Part shown: positions 23,282-34,124 of the stretch, piece by piece
Layout of the letters: each line of letters starts with the position of its first letter
How positions within the stretch are numbered: position 1 is the first letter of the stretch
Source: a virus
Taxonomy: Duplodnaviria; Caudoviricetes
DNA length: 53,162 nucleotides
Direction: 5' to 3' (one strand)
IMG/VR virus record: IMGVR_UViG_3300036766_000094
Coordinates: 1 to 53,162 of that record
The notes under the pieces: model-generated
Database searches by the model: none
The model's input: the letters and a program-made list of their open reading frames with translations, nothing else
What the model was told of the DNA's origin: nothing
Made by a program: the position numbers and the translations under genes

Positions 23282-25657
23282 ATGCATTTTAGTAAATTTC
23301 AAAACGCAGCAAGAAAATTAGGTGGTTCTATATTTACTGTAGTTCCACCTATTAGTGGTAGTGTCGATTCTTCTAAATGCACAGTAGGAGTGTCTGCTTC
23401 TACAGTTGTGTCTGGTTCATTAATTACAGTTACATTAACATTAAAAGACGCCAACAATGTTCAATTAACAAGCGCGGCTGGTTTAACTATAGTCCCAACG
23501 AAAAGTGGTGGTTCTGCAACCGGAACGTTATCAAGTGTAACTGACGTTGGAAATGGTACATTAACTTGGACATATACGGGAGTCTTAAAAGGAACAGCTC
23601 AAACGTTAGGTTGTACAATTAACGACGTTACAGTTACTTCAACATTACCGACTTGTAGTGTTACAGTAGGAGCAATTGATAGAACAGTTTCAGTAGTAAC
23701 TGTATCTGCTACAAGTAGAATAAATGGAGGAGCAGTAATCATATGTACATTACAAGCTAAAGATGCCGCTGGTAATAATCTAACTACTGGCGGCTCTACT
23801 ATTGTTATTAGTAGTTCTGGTGGAACTTCTACAGGTACATTTGGTGCTACAACAGATGTTGGTAATGGAACATACACAAGAACATTTACACCAACTGGTC
23901 CAGCTTTAGGTGATGGTACAGCTACAACATTAACAGCTACAATTGGCGGGCAATCAGTTACTACAACAATGCCTACAATAGTTGTTCGTGGTGCTTCTTT
24001 GAGTTTGAGTACAGTTACGTTAGCATCAAGTTCAGCAGCGGCAGGTGGTTCAAACGTAACAGTAACACTAACAGCAAAAGATTCAACTGGAACCCAAATG
24101 CCAAGTGGTGGATTAACGGCATTGTTCGATCATAGTGGAGGAACAGCAGTTATAAGTATAGGAAGCGTTACAGACAATAATAATGGTACTTACACAGCGT
24201 CAATAACACCAACAACAGAAGGTACAGCAACTACATTAAGCGCAACTTTAAATAGTTCTACAGTAACTAGCAGTATGCCGACGTTCACGGTGACGGCGGC
24301 GTTCGACTACTACCTCGCCACGACCGGCAGCGACGGCAACAACGGAACGAGCCCGTCCACACCGTTTAGGACGTGGGGAAAGATGTGGTCGGTCGTGACG
24401 GCAGGCAAAACCGTGCAGGTGGCAGACGGTTCGTATACCTCAGCGGACCCTTCCGTAGAAAAAGCGGGCACTTCTGGAAGTCCGATTGTTGTTTCGGCGG
24501 CCAATGATGGTGGCGCGGTCATCACGGACGGGCTCGATCTACGCGGTAACGCCTACTTGACATTCCGTGGGTTTAAGATCACGGGCGTCTCGGCTGCGGT
24601 TACTTTGGTAAGCAACGGGGTCGGGAAGCCGACGCACCACTGCATCTTCCAGCGGATTGGGTTCCAGGCGACCGACACGACGCTCAACAACAACGCAGCT
24701 TTCGACCTTAGCGATGGCACGCATCACTGTCTGCTAGAGGATTGTTGGGGCTGGGGCGGCGGGCGTTATGTGGTGATGGCCTACGGCGGCCCCGGCGGCA
24801 GTCCGCCGAACACGACCTGCGACTATAACACGTTCCGGCGCCTCGTGCTCCGTATGGGGCCATCTACGAGTACGTCGGGGAACCCGCAGGCGGCGCTCGC
24901 ACTCTACTACGCCAGCCACAACATCGTGGAAAATTGCATCGCGATAAACGGGCGGCCCGCGAGCGATTCTTCTAACGCCGGCTTCTATCTGACCGGACAC
25001 GCGCCGCCGCCTAACACCGACGACAACAAGTTCTATGGTTGTCTTGTGGTAGATCACGATGGGTACGGCTGGTATGTGGACGAGAGTGGTGCCGTCGCCA
25101 ACGATAACGTACTGGTGGATTGTGTGGCGTGGGACTGTGCCTCGGGTGGCTTTACCACGGGCGGCGGCACGATTAACCCGTTCACTTTGGATCATTGCAC
25201 GGGTGGCGCGAACACACTTGATGGGTTCGAGTTCTTCGCCAGTACTGTGGTCATGACCAATAACGTCTTCAAAGGCAACGGCGGCTTTGGAGCGAAGAAG
25301 TCTAGTAGTACACTTTCAGTTAACGACCATAACGGATATTTTGGGAACGCCTCGGGGGCGCGGTCTGGATTCTCGGCCGGTACGGGCGACCTGACGTCCG
25401 ATCCGGTCCTTTCCTACATTGCACGGATTGAAGCGGGGTCGCCTTACAAGAACGCCGGTTCTTCCGGTGACATCGGCGCGAACGTAGTCAATCGCTACGT
25501 AGATGGCGCGCTCACGGGTGACGCGCTGTGGCCCTGGCCCTACGAGGCGCGGATTCACGCCGACATGGCCGCGGACGATAATCGCGGCTTCGCGGCGGTG
25601 GGCGAAACACTGACGCACTACGTCTGGAATTATCTCGGGAACGGGAGCCCGTACTAA
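23282..25657 (+). CDS. virion surface/receptor-binding protein: three invasin-type Ig-like repeats + right-handed beta-helix domain
   Basis: Repeated TLxxKD...GG...TDxGNGTYTxT modules; YYLATTGSDGNNG.S.STPF.T then pectin-lyase-like repeats; ATG at 23282 follows GAGGAG. Confidence 0.8.
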   Translation: MHFSKFQNAARKLGGSIFTVVPPISGSVDSSKCTVGVSASTVVSGSLITVTLTLKDANNVQLTSAAGLTIVPTKSGGSATGTLSSVTDVGNGTLTWTYTGVLKGTAQTLGCTINDVTVTSTLPTCSVTVGAIDRTVSVVTVSATSRINGGAVIICTLQAKDAAGNNLTTGGSTIVISSSGGTSTGTFGATTDVGNGTYTRTFTPTGPALGDGTATTLTATIGGQSVTTTMPTIVVRGASLSLSTVTLASSSAAAGGSNVTVTLTAKDSTGTQMPSGGLTALFDHSGGTAVISIGSVTDNNNGTYTASITPTTEGTATTLSATLNSSTVTSSMPTFTVTAAFDYYLATTGSDGNNGTSPSTPFRTWGKMWSVVTAGKTVQVADGSYTSADPSVEKAGTSGSPIVVSAANDGGAVITDGLDLRGNAYLTFRGFKITGVSAAVTLVSNGVGKPTHHCIFQRIGFQATDTTLNNNAAFDLSDGTHHCLLEDCWGWGGGRYVVMAYGGPGGSPPNTTCDYNTFRRLVLRMGPSTSTSGNPQAALALYYASHNIVENCIAINGRPASDSSNAGFYLTGHAPPPNTDDNKFYGCLVVDHDGYGWYVDESGAVANDNVLVDCVAWDCASGGFTTGGGTINPFTLDHCTGGANTLDGFEFFASTVVMTNNVFKGNGGFGAKKSSSTLSVNDHNGYFGNASGARSGFSAGTGDLTSDPVLSYIARIEAGSPYKNAGSSGDIGANVVNRYVDGALTGDALWPWPYEARIHADMAADDNRGFAAVGETLTHYVWNYLGNGSPY

Positions 25658-26478
25658 TGGCCTACCGTTCGATAGCCTCGAATGTGGTGAAGGACACCAC
25701 GCTTACCATCACGAAGCCTACGGGTACAGCATCCGGGGATATCCTGGTCTTCGTCATCTGTAATGACTCGAATACCACGCCCGCACCGAGTTGGCCGACA
25801 GGCTTCGTAGAGATTACGGGTTCGCCACAGCACTCGACAGCGGACGGCATGTATTTTAGCGCCGCGATTAAGGTGGCTGGAGGAAGCGAGCCCGCCAACT
25901 ATACTGTAACGGTCGCCACCGCGCACATCGGTGCCATCGTGGCACTCTCGGCCTGCAACAATACCGGGGTGCCTTACCGTTCGAGCGTCGGCGTCAACAG
26001 TTCCGCCAACGCGTCTCCCTGGAGTGCAGTAAGTGCTGCCTTTGGTTCCGTGACGGCACTAGTGTGCGACTTCGTTTTTCTCATGGGTTCGGATGTTACC
26101 GCTGCCGCTGCTGTGGTTGGGACAGCGCCCTCCGGATTCACGAAGCGGGCCGATTTGAATGACAGCGGGCCGGGCTTTCTCAACATTATGGTGGCGACAC
26201 AAGACAGCGTCGCCAGTGGTGCAACCGGCGCACTCACTGGGATAGGCACAGCGGCGGGCAAGTCGGCGGGTTGGGGATGCTTTGCCATCGCGCTGGACCT
26301 CACGAGTCAGCCCCCCGCAGGCGCGGGCGTTGTTCCATTTAATAGAAATATATCATCTGGTGGAATGAGAGAATTTAGTGGTGGAATTAGAGCATATCAT
26401 AGAAGGCATCAAATTGTTGTTCCTCTACTTCCAAAGGGTTGGCAGCGGCGAGCTTCTGGATTATGCGTCCGCGTTTAA
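25657..26478 (+). CDS. putative minor virion protein (beta-rich)
   Basis: TITKPTGTASGDILV start typical of phage tail-associated modules; TAATG coupling. Confidence 0.6.
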   Translation: MAYRSIASNVVKDTTLTITKPTGTASGDILVFVICNDSNTTPAPSWPTGFVEITGSPQHSTADGMYFSAAIKVAGGSEPANYTVTVATAHIGAIVALSACNNTGVPYRSSVGVNSSANASPWSAVSAAFGSVTALVCDFVFLMGSDVTAAAAVVGTAPSGFTKRADLNDSGPGFLNIMVATQDSVASGATGALTGIGTAAGKSAGWGCFAIALDLTSQPPAGAGVVPFNRNISSGGMREFSGGIRAYHRRHQIVVPLLPKGWQRRASGLCVRV

Positions 26479-26491
26479 TGGAGAATGAAAA

Positions 26492-27874
26492 GTGAAAGAA
26501 CTAAAGAAGTTTGCTGCTTTAAGCAATATGGTTCGAGTTTTTATTTTGGACTCCAGTTTAACTACTGGAGCCGGATTAACAGGACTGTTATATAATACGG
26601 CCAGTCTAGTAATTGATGTAATTGCAGACAACGCAGCTTCTGGAGCAACGTATCATTATAAGAGTGCAGCAACAGCTACAATTCAAGACATTGGTACAAG
26701 TGGTTCGACTGCTGGTACTTACAGTGCTCCGTCTGCATCCAATTGTAGATTTGCTCCAGTAGATGCAACAAACTTTCCAGGATTGTATGAACTTCAATTC
26801 TTAGACGGTTTGTTTGATGATTCTGGTGCGACTAAGCTGATTATCAAAGTTTCTGGTCCTACAAACTGTACACCAACGTTTGCTGAAATTCAATTAGTTT
26901 CATTTGATCCTTATGATACAGTAAGATTAGGTCTAACAGCATTACCAGCCGTAGCCGCTGAAGGTTCTGGCGGACTATATACTAGAGGAACAGGTGCTGG
27001 TCAAATTAACCAAGATGCAAATGGTCGTATTGATGTAAATGCAAAAGCTTGGATTGGAACAGCAATAGCAGACGCATTATACACATTCTTTGGAATTACA
27101 GCAAAAGGAACAATGGCTTCTCCTGGAGGCCATTCTACAACTCAAGGCTCTTTTGCAAGTGGTGATGGAGCTAAGTCTAAAGTTGGATTTTATATTTGGG
27201 TTCCAGCTACATATGATGTTCACAGAATTAAGACAATAAGTACAGATGCTTGGACAGTTGATGCTGCTGATGCTTTTGGTACTGATCCGTTTGGAGCTAC
27301 TTATTATATTAGTGCAGTTCCAATTAGTATTCCATTCGTTGCTGCTGATTTCTCAAACGCAGCAATTACAGCACTTGCAACTGGTGTAATTAGTGATGCT
27401 ACTCCATTTCTTGGAGCAAGTGTTGCTACGTTAATTAGCAGAGTTACAGCAGCGGTTGCATTAAATAGTGATATGGCAACATTACTAACTAGAGTAAGTG
27501 CAAACGTTGCTCTTAATAGTGATATGGCAACATTATTGAGTCGAGTAACTGCCGCTGTTGCTTTGAACAGTGATGTTGCAACATTATTGTCAAATGATAC
27601 TACGTTACTAACAAGAATAAGTGCAGCAGTAGCATTAAATTCCGATGAACAAACGCTGCTAACTAATGTTGCAACACTCTTAACAAGAATTAGCGCTAAC
27701 GCTGCTTTGAACAGTGATATGGCTACATTACTAGCTAGAATTACAGCAGCAGTTTCTCTTGATTCTGACTTACAAGCCTTAATTACAACAGTTGGAGTCG
27801 CTGGAGCTGGTTTAACTGATGCTTCTAGTGGAAGTGGTAGTGGAAGTGGTAGTGGAGCTGGAGGAGTTGAATAA
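26492..27874 (+). CDS. putative fibre protein with 17-aa coiled-coil repeats
   Basis: About six copies of (M/V)ATLLxRxxAxVALNSD; Gly-Ser tail. Confidence 0.7.
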   Translation: MKELKKFAALSNMVRVFILDSSLTTGAGLTGLLYNTASLVIDVIADNAASGATYHYKSAATATIQDIGTSGSTAGTYSAPSASNCRFAPVDATNFPGLYELQFLDGLFDDSGATKLIIKVSGPTNCTPTFAEIQLVSFDPYDTVRLGLTALPAVAAEGSGGLYTRGTGAGQINQDANGRIDVNAKAWIGTAIADALYTFFGITAKGTMASPGGHSTTQGSFASGDGAKSKVGFYIWVPATYDVHRIKTISTDAWTVDAADAFGTDPFGATYYISAVPISIPFVAADFSNAAITALATGVISDATPFLGASVATLISRVTAAVALNSDMATLLTRVSANVALNSDMATLLSRVTAAVALNSDVATLLSNDTTLLTRISAAVALNSDEQTLLTNVATLLTRISANAALNSDMATLLARITAAVSLDSDLQALITTVGVAGAGLTDASSGSGSGSGSGAGGVE

Positions 27875-28158
27875 TGACAGTCAAAGAGACATTAAATGGT
27901 AAAGTAAACTGGAGTATGACTAGTGTAATAGTTATCATGGTCGTTCAGTTTACAGTGTTAGTTTGGCACGCGGCAAAAGCTCACGCAACAATTGAGACAA
28001 ATACTATAGCACTTGTTAGATTAACAGAAATTATAAATGATGTAGGCGTTCGTACTAATACAATAGACTCGATTATTAATGCACGACAGCAAGTAAATAT
28101 GTATAGAATTGATAGATTAGAAGACGCAGTTCATTTACGTAGAGTAGAGGTGCATTAG
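27874..28158 (+). CDS. single-TM coiled-coil membrane protein (holin/spanin-like candidate)
   Basis: Hydrophobic VIVIMVVQFTVLVW followed by heptad pattern. Confidence 0.55.
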   Translation: MTVKETLNGKVNWSMTSVIVIMVVQFTVLVWHAAKAHATIETNTIALVRLTEIINDVGVRTNTIDSIINARQQVNMYRIDRLEDAVHLRRVEVH

Positions 28159-28214
28159 TTCAAGGCGTGCGTCTAGATAAAATCCATTCTGCTTGGAGAA
28201 GAGGAAAATAAACA

Positions 28215-28580
28215 ATGTCGGCTCATCGTTGTGGTGTACTAACATTGGCAAATGGAGGCCAGTACAGCAGTTTTATTGACCTTCGCAAAGTTGGTTCAGA
28301 TGCACGTTTCTTTGGATTACTAGGTTTAGACGCCCAAGAAGGTGGTAAAACGTACAGCGTTCAAATTACCGGAGATGCAGAACCGGCTACTGGCGGCAAT
28401 TGGTTTGATTTAGTTAATAGCGCTGCTGTAGCTGTAGATGCTCCAGTAGCAAACGCAGCTAAAACTATGGAATCAATCATGCCTTTTACTGGCGTTCGTA
28501 TCAAAGCTAGTGCAGCCGTCACAACTGGAAGTACGTGGGAGTTAATGAAGTTCGTTTCAACAGAGATGGGCGGAATGTAA
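28215..28580 (+). CDS. hypothetical, probably virion beta-sandwich protein
   Basis: GAGGA RBS; beta-rich. Confidence 0.6.
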   Translation: MSAHRCGVLTLANGGQYSSFIDLRKVGSDARFFGLLGLDAQEGGKTYSVQITGDAEPATGGNWFDLVNSAAVAVDAPVANAAKTMESIMPFTGVRIKASAAVTTGSTWELMKFVSTEMGGM

Positions 28581-28581
28581 A

Positions 28582-29226
28582 GTGAATGAAGCGATTAACA
28601 AGGAAACCACTGTTAGTCCGACTGAAAAAATCAACCGGACTGATGTCCAAGTCAATCAAAGCCCAACTCAAACGCCTCCGGGTCAAGAAATAACCTTCGG
28701 AGTTAGAAGGGCTAAGATTAATCGTTGGATTCCACGTCGTTGGGAAGAGAACTATACACAAATTGTTATTTTAGCTTCTTTAGGATTGAAGTCTAATACG
28801 CAATTAGGTATTCAGTTCAATTTTACACCACAACACATTAGTAACATTCTAAATAGTCCACAAGCAAGCGTAATTCGTAAGCAGATACATGAAACAGTTG
28901 TAGGTACAGTTTCTAAGGACGTACCTGCTTCGTTAAATGCAATGGCGGCTACAGCTCTAGAAAGATTAAAGACAATTATTGAAAATCCAGCATTAGTAGA
29001 AACTAAAACAGAATTCATTGCAAGTTTGTCGCTTAAATTGTTAGCCGCAAGCGGGCAAGTTAAAGATGATTCAGTTTCTCCTATAAATGTAGGAAAAGCT
29101 ATCATATTTACAGCAACCGATGCTGAAGCAATGCGAGAAGCTATTAGAAAGAGCAATGAAGCAGATAGATTAAATGAAGGTAGGTCAATTGAACCTCCAT
29201 TAAGGTTGCTTAGAGAAGCTAAATGA
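28582..29226 (+). CDS. putative terminase small subunit
   Basis: HTH-like SNTQLGIQFNFTPQHISNIL; ATGA overlap with TerL. Confidence 0.55.
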   Translation: MNEAINKETTVSPTEKINRTDVQVNQSPTQTPPGQEITFGVRRAKINRWIPRRWEENYTQIVILASLGLKSNTQLGIQFNFTPQHISNILNSPQASVIRKQIHETVVGTVSKDVPASLNAMAATALERLKTIIENPALVETKTEFIASLSLKLLAASGQVKDDSVSPINVGKAIIFTATDAEAMREAIRKSNEADRLNEGRSIEPPLRLLREAK

Positions 29227-30809
29227 TAAGTTCAGACGAGCAAGTCGTCTCTCAAACTGATATAGATACTGCTCGACGTTTAGCAGAAAAGCGTTATGAG
29301 CATTATAGCACCGATGACATAGCTCATTTGCGTCGTAAATGTCAAGTAGATGGTATGTTTTTAGGTGCAGGTGTCTTAGATTATACTAGATTGAGTCCAA
29401 ATCTTCATGGTCATTTGTTTCGTTGGTTGAAAGCTCACAAAAATGACCGTTTCAAGATGGTTTTGAAGCCGCGTTCACATTATAAGTCTACAGTTAGCCA
29501 CGTTGACAGCATTCAAACAGTTTTACCACCAATAGAAGGGGAGATTTACCCTTACAATTTAGGTCCAGAAGCAAGAATCATGATTGGGCATGAAGTTTTG
29601 GAGAAATCAGCACAATTTATTCATGAATTAACGTCTCACTTCACGTCTAATCACCGTTTAATGGGACTTTTTCCAGAATTAGTACCAAATGCACGTAAAC
29701 AACGCATAAACAAGTATCAATTAGAGCTTCCTAGACAATCACATTGGTCAGAACCTACATTTGAAGCATTTGGTGTAGGTGGAAAATCTCAAGGACGCCA
29801 TTACGACATTTTGAAGTTGGATGACATTTATGGAGAGTCAGCTAGAGATAGTGCAGCAGAAAGAGCAACAACAATTCAATGGTTTAAAGGTATTCAAGCA
29901 TTCTTTACAAGATTAAAGTACTCTCATTTGTGGATGATTGGTACACGTTATGATTTAGACGATGTTTATAGTGTAGCAATGGAGGATTACGGCAGCTTAA
30001 TGCAGTACTACATTAGAAAAGTTGTCGAAGATGGAGTTTACATATTTCCGGAAGAATTCGACAATGATGCAGTTCAAATTCTAAAGAAGGACATTAAGAC
30101 TTGGAACGCTTGGTATCTTAATGACCCATATGAAGGTACAAAGAGATTTGAACAGGACTGGTTAGCATTTTACAACAAGATTGAAGGACGAGATGCATTA
30201 GCTATAATGACTGGTGAGTCAAGGGAGCTAATTGAATACGAGAACTTAGATAGAGTAATCATCTTTGACCCAGCAGTAACAGGTACATTTGGAGTGGTTG
30301 TAACAGGTACAGATTCACAACGAGTTTATGAATTAGAGAGCTTCAGAGGTTCTTTAAAAGTTCCAGACCAGATTAATATGTTGTTCAATCTTGTATTACG
30401 TTACAAGCCTCGTGTAGTTGCAATTGAATCAGTATTATTTAGTGCGCTTTATCAAGATATATTAAGACTTGAAATGCGTGAACGGAGAATTAACTTCAAT
30501 ATAGTTCCAGTTAAGCCAAGAAAGCCTGGAACCGGACGATTAAATAAAACAGAGCGGATTGAAATTTTAAGTCCATATTTTTCAAGTAAGAAGATTTGGT
30601 TTAATCCAGATCACAAAGATATTATTCAAGAGTACAAAGACTACGGAACTACAACAGACATTCATGTGTTAGATGCATTAGCTTATGGTCCAGAATTGTG
30701 GCGCTTCCACGACATTAGACGCTATGAACGTTATAAGAAAATTGAAACTGATATGTTAAAGAATCGTGACGCGGATACAGGATACTCTAGAATATACGCT
30801 GAAGGTTAA
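29223..30809 (+). CDS. terL: terminase large subunit
   Basis: PRSHYKST Walker A, GRHYDILKLDDI Walker B, IGTR, VIIFDPA nuclease, IESV, H.LDALAY. Confidence 0.93.
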   Translation: MISSDEQVVSQTDIDTARRLAEKRYEHYSTDDIAHLRRKCQVDGMFLGAGVLDYTRLSPNLHGHLFRWLKAHKNDRFKMVLKPRSHYKSTVSHVDSIQTVLPPIEGEIYPYNLGPEARIMIGHEVLEKSAQFIHELTSHFTSNHRLMGLFPELVPNARKQRINKYQLELPRQSHWSEPTFEAFGVGGKSQGRHYDILKLDDIYGESARDSAAERATTIQWFKGIQAFFTRLKYSHLWMIGTRYDLDDVYSVAMEDYGSLMQYYIRKVVEDGVYIFPEEFDNDAVQILKKDIKTWNAWYLNDPYEGTKRFEQDWLAFYNKIEGRDALAIMTGESRELIEYENLDRVIIFDPAVTGTFGVVVTGTDSQRVYELESFRGSLKVPDQINMLFNLVLRYKPRVVAIESVLFSALYQDILRLEMRERRINFNIVPVKPRKPGTGRLNKTERIEILSPYFSSKKIWFNPDHKDIIQEYKDYGTTTDIHVLDALAYGPELWRFHDIRRYERYKKIETDMLKNRDADTGYSRIYAEG

Positions 30810-32690
30810 ATGCCCTATCCAAGACAGTTAAATTTAGGCGAAGAGATTGAGAATAAGTTAAAAGCGTTCTTGCAAAATGAGATAACACTTCATCTTGCGG
30901 AACGTACTGATTACATTCAAGATTTGAAGAACTGGCAAAGAGATTATTGGGTTCCGGTTCCCACAGAGAATGCTACTACTCCATTTGTAGGAGCTTCTCG
31001 TATTATCATTCCGTTGACAGCAATTGCTGTAGAAGCAATTCACGCAAGAGTCTGGATGGCATTATTTGGAACAGAACCATTTGCAAGTGCTAAGTTTCAT
31101 GCATTAACAATTGACCATGAGAACGCATTTAGGAAGTTCTATAACTATGAGTTGAAGCACGGGATTAAAGCTCATCATAGTTTGGAAAGTCCAATTTTGG
31201 ATGTTGAGAAGTATGGTACTGGTATAGTCAAGCCAGATTATTGTTACTTGACTAAAACAGCAATGAGACCTTCACCTTTAGACCCGACTAAAGAAGAAGA
31301 AATTCCAATAGTTATTAAGAGAGGTGCAGTTTTCCAACATTGTCCGATTGCAAATTACATACAACCTTATAGTGCTACAGACCCACAAACAGCAGAATGG
31401 TGTGGAGAGATTCATTTAGAGACTCCGTATTACATGACTCAATTAGAAAAGTCTGGATTTTTCATCCCTGGCACACTAGAAAAGTTGAAGTCATATTATC
31501 AAAGAACTGTGGTTGGTCCAACGACTCAAGACGTTCCAGATTCTCAAAAGCGGATGGAACATACAGTTCCAATTTGGCCGAAGCAAGTTGAATGGTTTGA
31601 AATTTGGTTAAGTTTTAATGTAGATGATGACCCGAAAGGCGAGACCAAAGAAATTGTAGTGCATTGGCACAGAGCTTCTAACACACTTATGTCTATTATG
31701 TATAATTGGTATACAGATTTACGTCGTCCTTACGAAATTGGAAATTTCTTCAAAGTTGAAGGTAGATGGAAAGGCATTGGAATTTGTAAGCAGTCTGAGC
31801 AGTTCCAGAAAATCGTTACAACCTTACATCGTCAACGTATTGATGCTGGTACAATTGCAAACATGAGGATGTTTAAGGTTCACAGATTAAGCAATTATGG
31901 TCCGGACGAACCGATATTTCCTGGTAAAATGTGGATTCTAGACGACATGACCCACATTGAACCGATTCAAGCAATGGAAGTTTACACAAGCGCATTTGCT
32001 AATGAACAAGCAGCTTTATTATATGAACAACAAAGAGTAGGAGTTAATGAATTAACACAAGGAATGCCGCAACAAGGTACTCCTGGAACAGCTACAGATA
32101 CAACATTACGATTACAAGAGGGTTCTAAGAAACAAGATTTAAATCTCTATAACATAAGAGATTTCGTAAGCCGTTGTTATGTAGATGGGTTGTTAATAAC
32201 ACAACAATTTGGTAGTAGAACGTTAGATATGTACATGATGACTCATCCTGAAGATGCACAATTGATAGCTCAAGTGTTGAGTGCTCCACCTGAATTGATT
32301 AAAGATTCAGCTTTATTTGAGCTTACTGCTGTAGGTTTAAATAGCAATAAATCTGTAGACAGAACGAATTGGATGCAAATTGGTCAAGTTACTCAACAAT
32401 TCTTAACTGGAATTCTCCAGGCTGCTCAATTAGGTGTTCCGTTAGCAGTAGGACCAATTGCTCAAGAAGGTATATTAGCATCAAGTGAGATATTTGAACA
32501 GTTCTTAGAAACATACGACGTGCGTGATGAAAGCAAGATTTCTATGAAGAAGTTCTTAATTAAGCTCTTTGCTGATTTAGCTCAAGCTCAGTCGAAAGGA
32601 CAAAATGGCGGACCAATTCTTCCAGGACAGCCCGGCCAACCCGTTGGACAACTCGGACCTGGAAACCCTGGCGGCGTTCAGCAAATCTAG
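30810..32690 (+). CDS. portal protein (podovirus type)
   Basis: 626 aa directly after TerL; KYGTGIVK, IFPGKMW, TAT motif; Gly/Gln tail. Confidence 0.85.
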   Translation: MPYPRQLNLGEEIENKLKAFLQNEITLHLAERTDYIQDLKNWQRDYWVPVPTENATTPFVGASRIIIPLTAIAVEAIHARVWMALFGTEPFASAKFHALTIDHENAFRKFYNYELKHGIKAHHSLESPILDVEKYGTGIVKPDYCYLTKTAMRPSPLDPTKEEEIPIVIKRGAVFQHCPIANYIQPYSATDPQTAEWCGEIHLETPYYMTQLEKSGFFIPGTLEKLKSYYQRTVVGPTTQDVPDSQKRMEHTVPIWPKQVEWFEIWLSFNVDDDPKGETKEIVVHWHRASNTLMSIMYNWYTDLRRPYEIGNFFKVEGRWKGIGICKQSEQFQKIVTTLHRQRIDAGTIANMRMFKVHRLSNYGPDEPIFPGKMWILDDMTHIEPIQAMEVYTSAFANEQAALLYEQQRVGVNELTQGMPQQGTPGTATDTTLRLQEGSKKQDLNLYNIRDFVSRCYVDGLLITQQFGSRTLDMYMMTHPEDAQLIAQVLSAPPELIKDSALFELTAVGLNSNKSVDRTNWMQIGQVTQQFLTGILQAAQLGVPLAVGPIAQEGILASSEIFEQFLETYDVRDESKISMKKFLIKLFADLAQAQSKGQNGGPILPGQPGQPVGQLGPGNPGGVQQI

Positions 32691-32967
32691 AGAATTTCGT
32701 TTAGTATATAATGCGGTTCAACGTATAGAACAAGTAGCTCTAAGAGAATTAGCAGAATTCAAAAATAGTGAAGACGCATTAACAAAACGCGGTTACGCAA
32801 AGGGTGTTTCTAGATGTTTGTTCTTACTTAACTCAATCAGGGGAGATTCTAGCAATGCCGGACTTGGGACCGAACCAGAATCAGGACGGGACGTTAATCG
32901 ATCCGTTAAAGAACGCGGACGGAACGTTGATAGTGAAAGTAGAAACGCCTCCACCTGGGCTATCTAA
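32605..32967 (+). CDS. small helical protein between portal and scaffold
   Basis: AAGGA RBS; position typical of podoviruses; overlaps both neighbours. Confidence 0.55.
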   Translation: MADQFFQDSPANPLDNSDLETLAAFSKSREFRLVYNAVQRIEQVALRELAEFKNSEDALTKRGYAKGVSRCLFLLNSIRGDSSNAGLGTEPESGRDVNRSVKERGRNVDSESRNASTWAI

Positions 32968-33628
32968 GGAAGATGCAGCTTTCTTGAAAGAAGCCGCTAG
33001 ATTAGGAAATGAAGCAGCTTCTATTCAATCAAGACGCAATCAAGAATTAGAAGCTGAATTAGAAGCATTAAAGGGTAAAGCAAAAGATGATACTCCAGCA
33101 ATCTCCAAAGATGACTTCTACGCCGACCCTGTTAATGCTGTTAAGAGACTAATGGAAGAAGCAGTTGCTCCTTTAAAGGAAGCAGCGCAAGGTTTGGCTT
33201 ATGGAAGTGCTTATGAGAAGTTGAAGAATAAGTACCGTAACAATCCAAAGTTCAAATCTGTGTTTGAAAAAGCAGAACATTTGATTGATGATGCGATGGG
33301 TAAGGTTGCTCCAACTGAACAGAATTTACAATTCACATTGTATTCAATTCGTGGAGCGGCGGCTTTTGGGGATTTAGGTAATGACATTAATTTTGATGAG
33401 AAACCAATTGCTCCAGTAATACCGCCCGTAAGCGGCGCAATTCCGCCAAGCGCTTCACCTAGACCAGAACCGCAGGTACCGAAAATGCGTCAATTGACAG
33501 AATCTGAAAAGCGTTTAGCTAAGTCAAGAAATCTATCTGATGAGGCATATTTGGCAATAGTAGATGGCACAGATGAAGTTTCGTTTGACCATATTAATGC
33601 TACGTTGAAAACAGGAGAGCAGAAGTGA
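32855..33628 (+). CDS. putative capsid scaffolding protein
   Basis: Charged coiled coil, DFYADP, Pro-rich linker, LTESEKRLAK..LS.E.Y C-terminus; ATG at 32855 follows GGGGAG. Confidence 0.7.
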   Translation: MPDLGPNQNQDGTLIDPLKNADGTLIVKVETPPPGLSKEDAAFLKEAARLGNEAASIQSRRNQELEAELEALKGKAKDDTPAISKDDFYADPVNAVKRLMEEAVAPLKEAAQGLAYGSAYEKLKNKYRNNPKFKSVFEKAEHLIDDAMGKVAPTEQNLQFTLYSIRGAAAFGDLGNDINFDEKPIAPVIPPVSGAIPPSASPRPEPQVPKMRQLTESEKRLAKSRNLSDEAYLAIVDGTDEVSFDHINATLKTGEQK

Positions 33629-34122
33629 GCGAAACTCAGCCAGTTGCCACACCTAAAGGTGCTGTAGTTACATTGACAACTGAAGAAATCCGTGCAGCTA
33701 AAAAGGCTAAATTCGCACAAGTTATGGACAGAGGTTACATTAGTGATAGATTACAAGCTGTAAATTTACCAGATGCTATGCACGGTCAATGGGTACGTTA
33801 TGATGGTAATGATAACATGGAAGTTACTAGAATGCAGCTCTTAGGTTACGAAATTGCAGACCCAAAGAAGTTCGGTCAGAAAGATGCAATGCCTCATGGT
33901 GATGGTACGTCAATGAGAATTGGCGATGTAATTTTTATGGTATGCTCTAAAGAGGACCACGAATTACAAGAGGAAGTTCGCAGGGAACGTTTTGAACATG
34001 CACATATGAAACAACCACGAGAAGGTGTACAGCTTAGGAAGAACATCAGTACATTAGGCCCGGAAGTATCTCTCAAAGATGAATCTACAGCGCAGGTAGT
34101 TACGTCTCCTAAGGAAATTTAA
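33625..34122 (+). CDS. head-module hypothetical protein
   Basis: Between scaffold and capsid genes. Confidence 0.65.
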   Translation: MSETQPVATPKGAVVTLTTEEIRAAKKAKFAQVMDRGYISDRLQAVNLPDAMHGQWVRYDGNDNMEVTRMQLLGYEIADPKKFGQKDAMPHGDGTSMRIGDVIFMVCSKEDHELQEEVRRERFEHAHMKQPREGVQLRKNISTLGPEVSLKDESTAQVVTSPKEI

Positions 34123-34124
34123 TC

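Noticed and set aside
24310-26303. Several minus-strand ORFs
   Set aside because: Antisense to clear genes in a GC-rich block.
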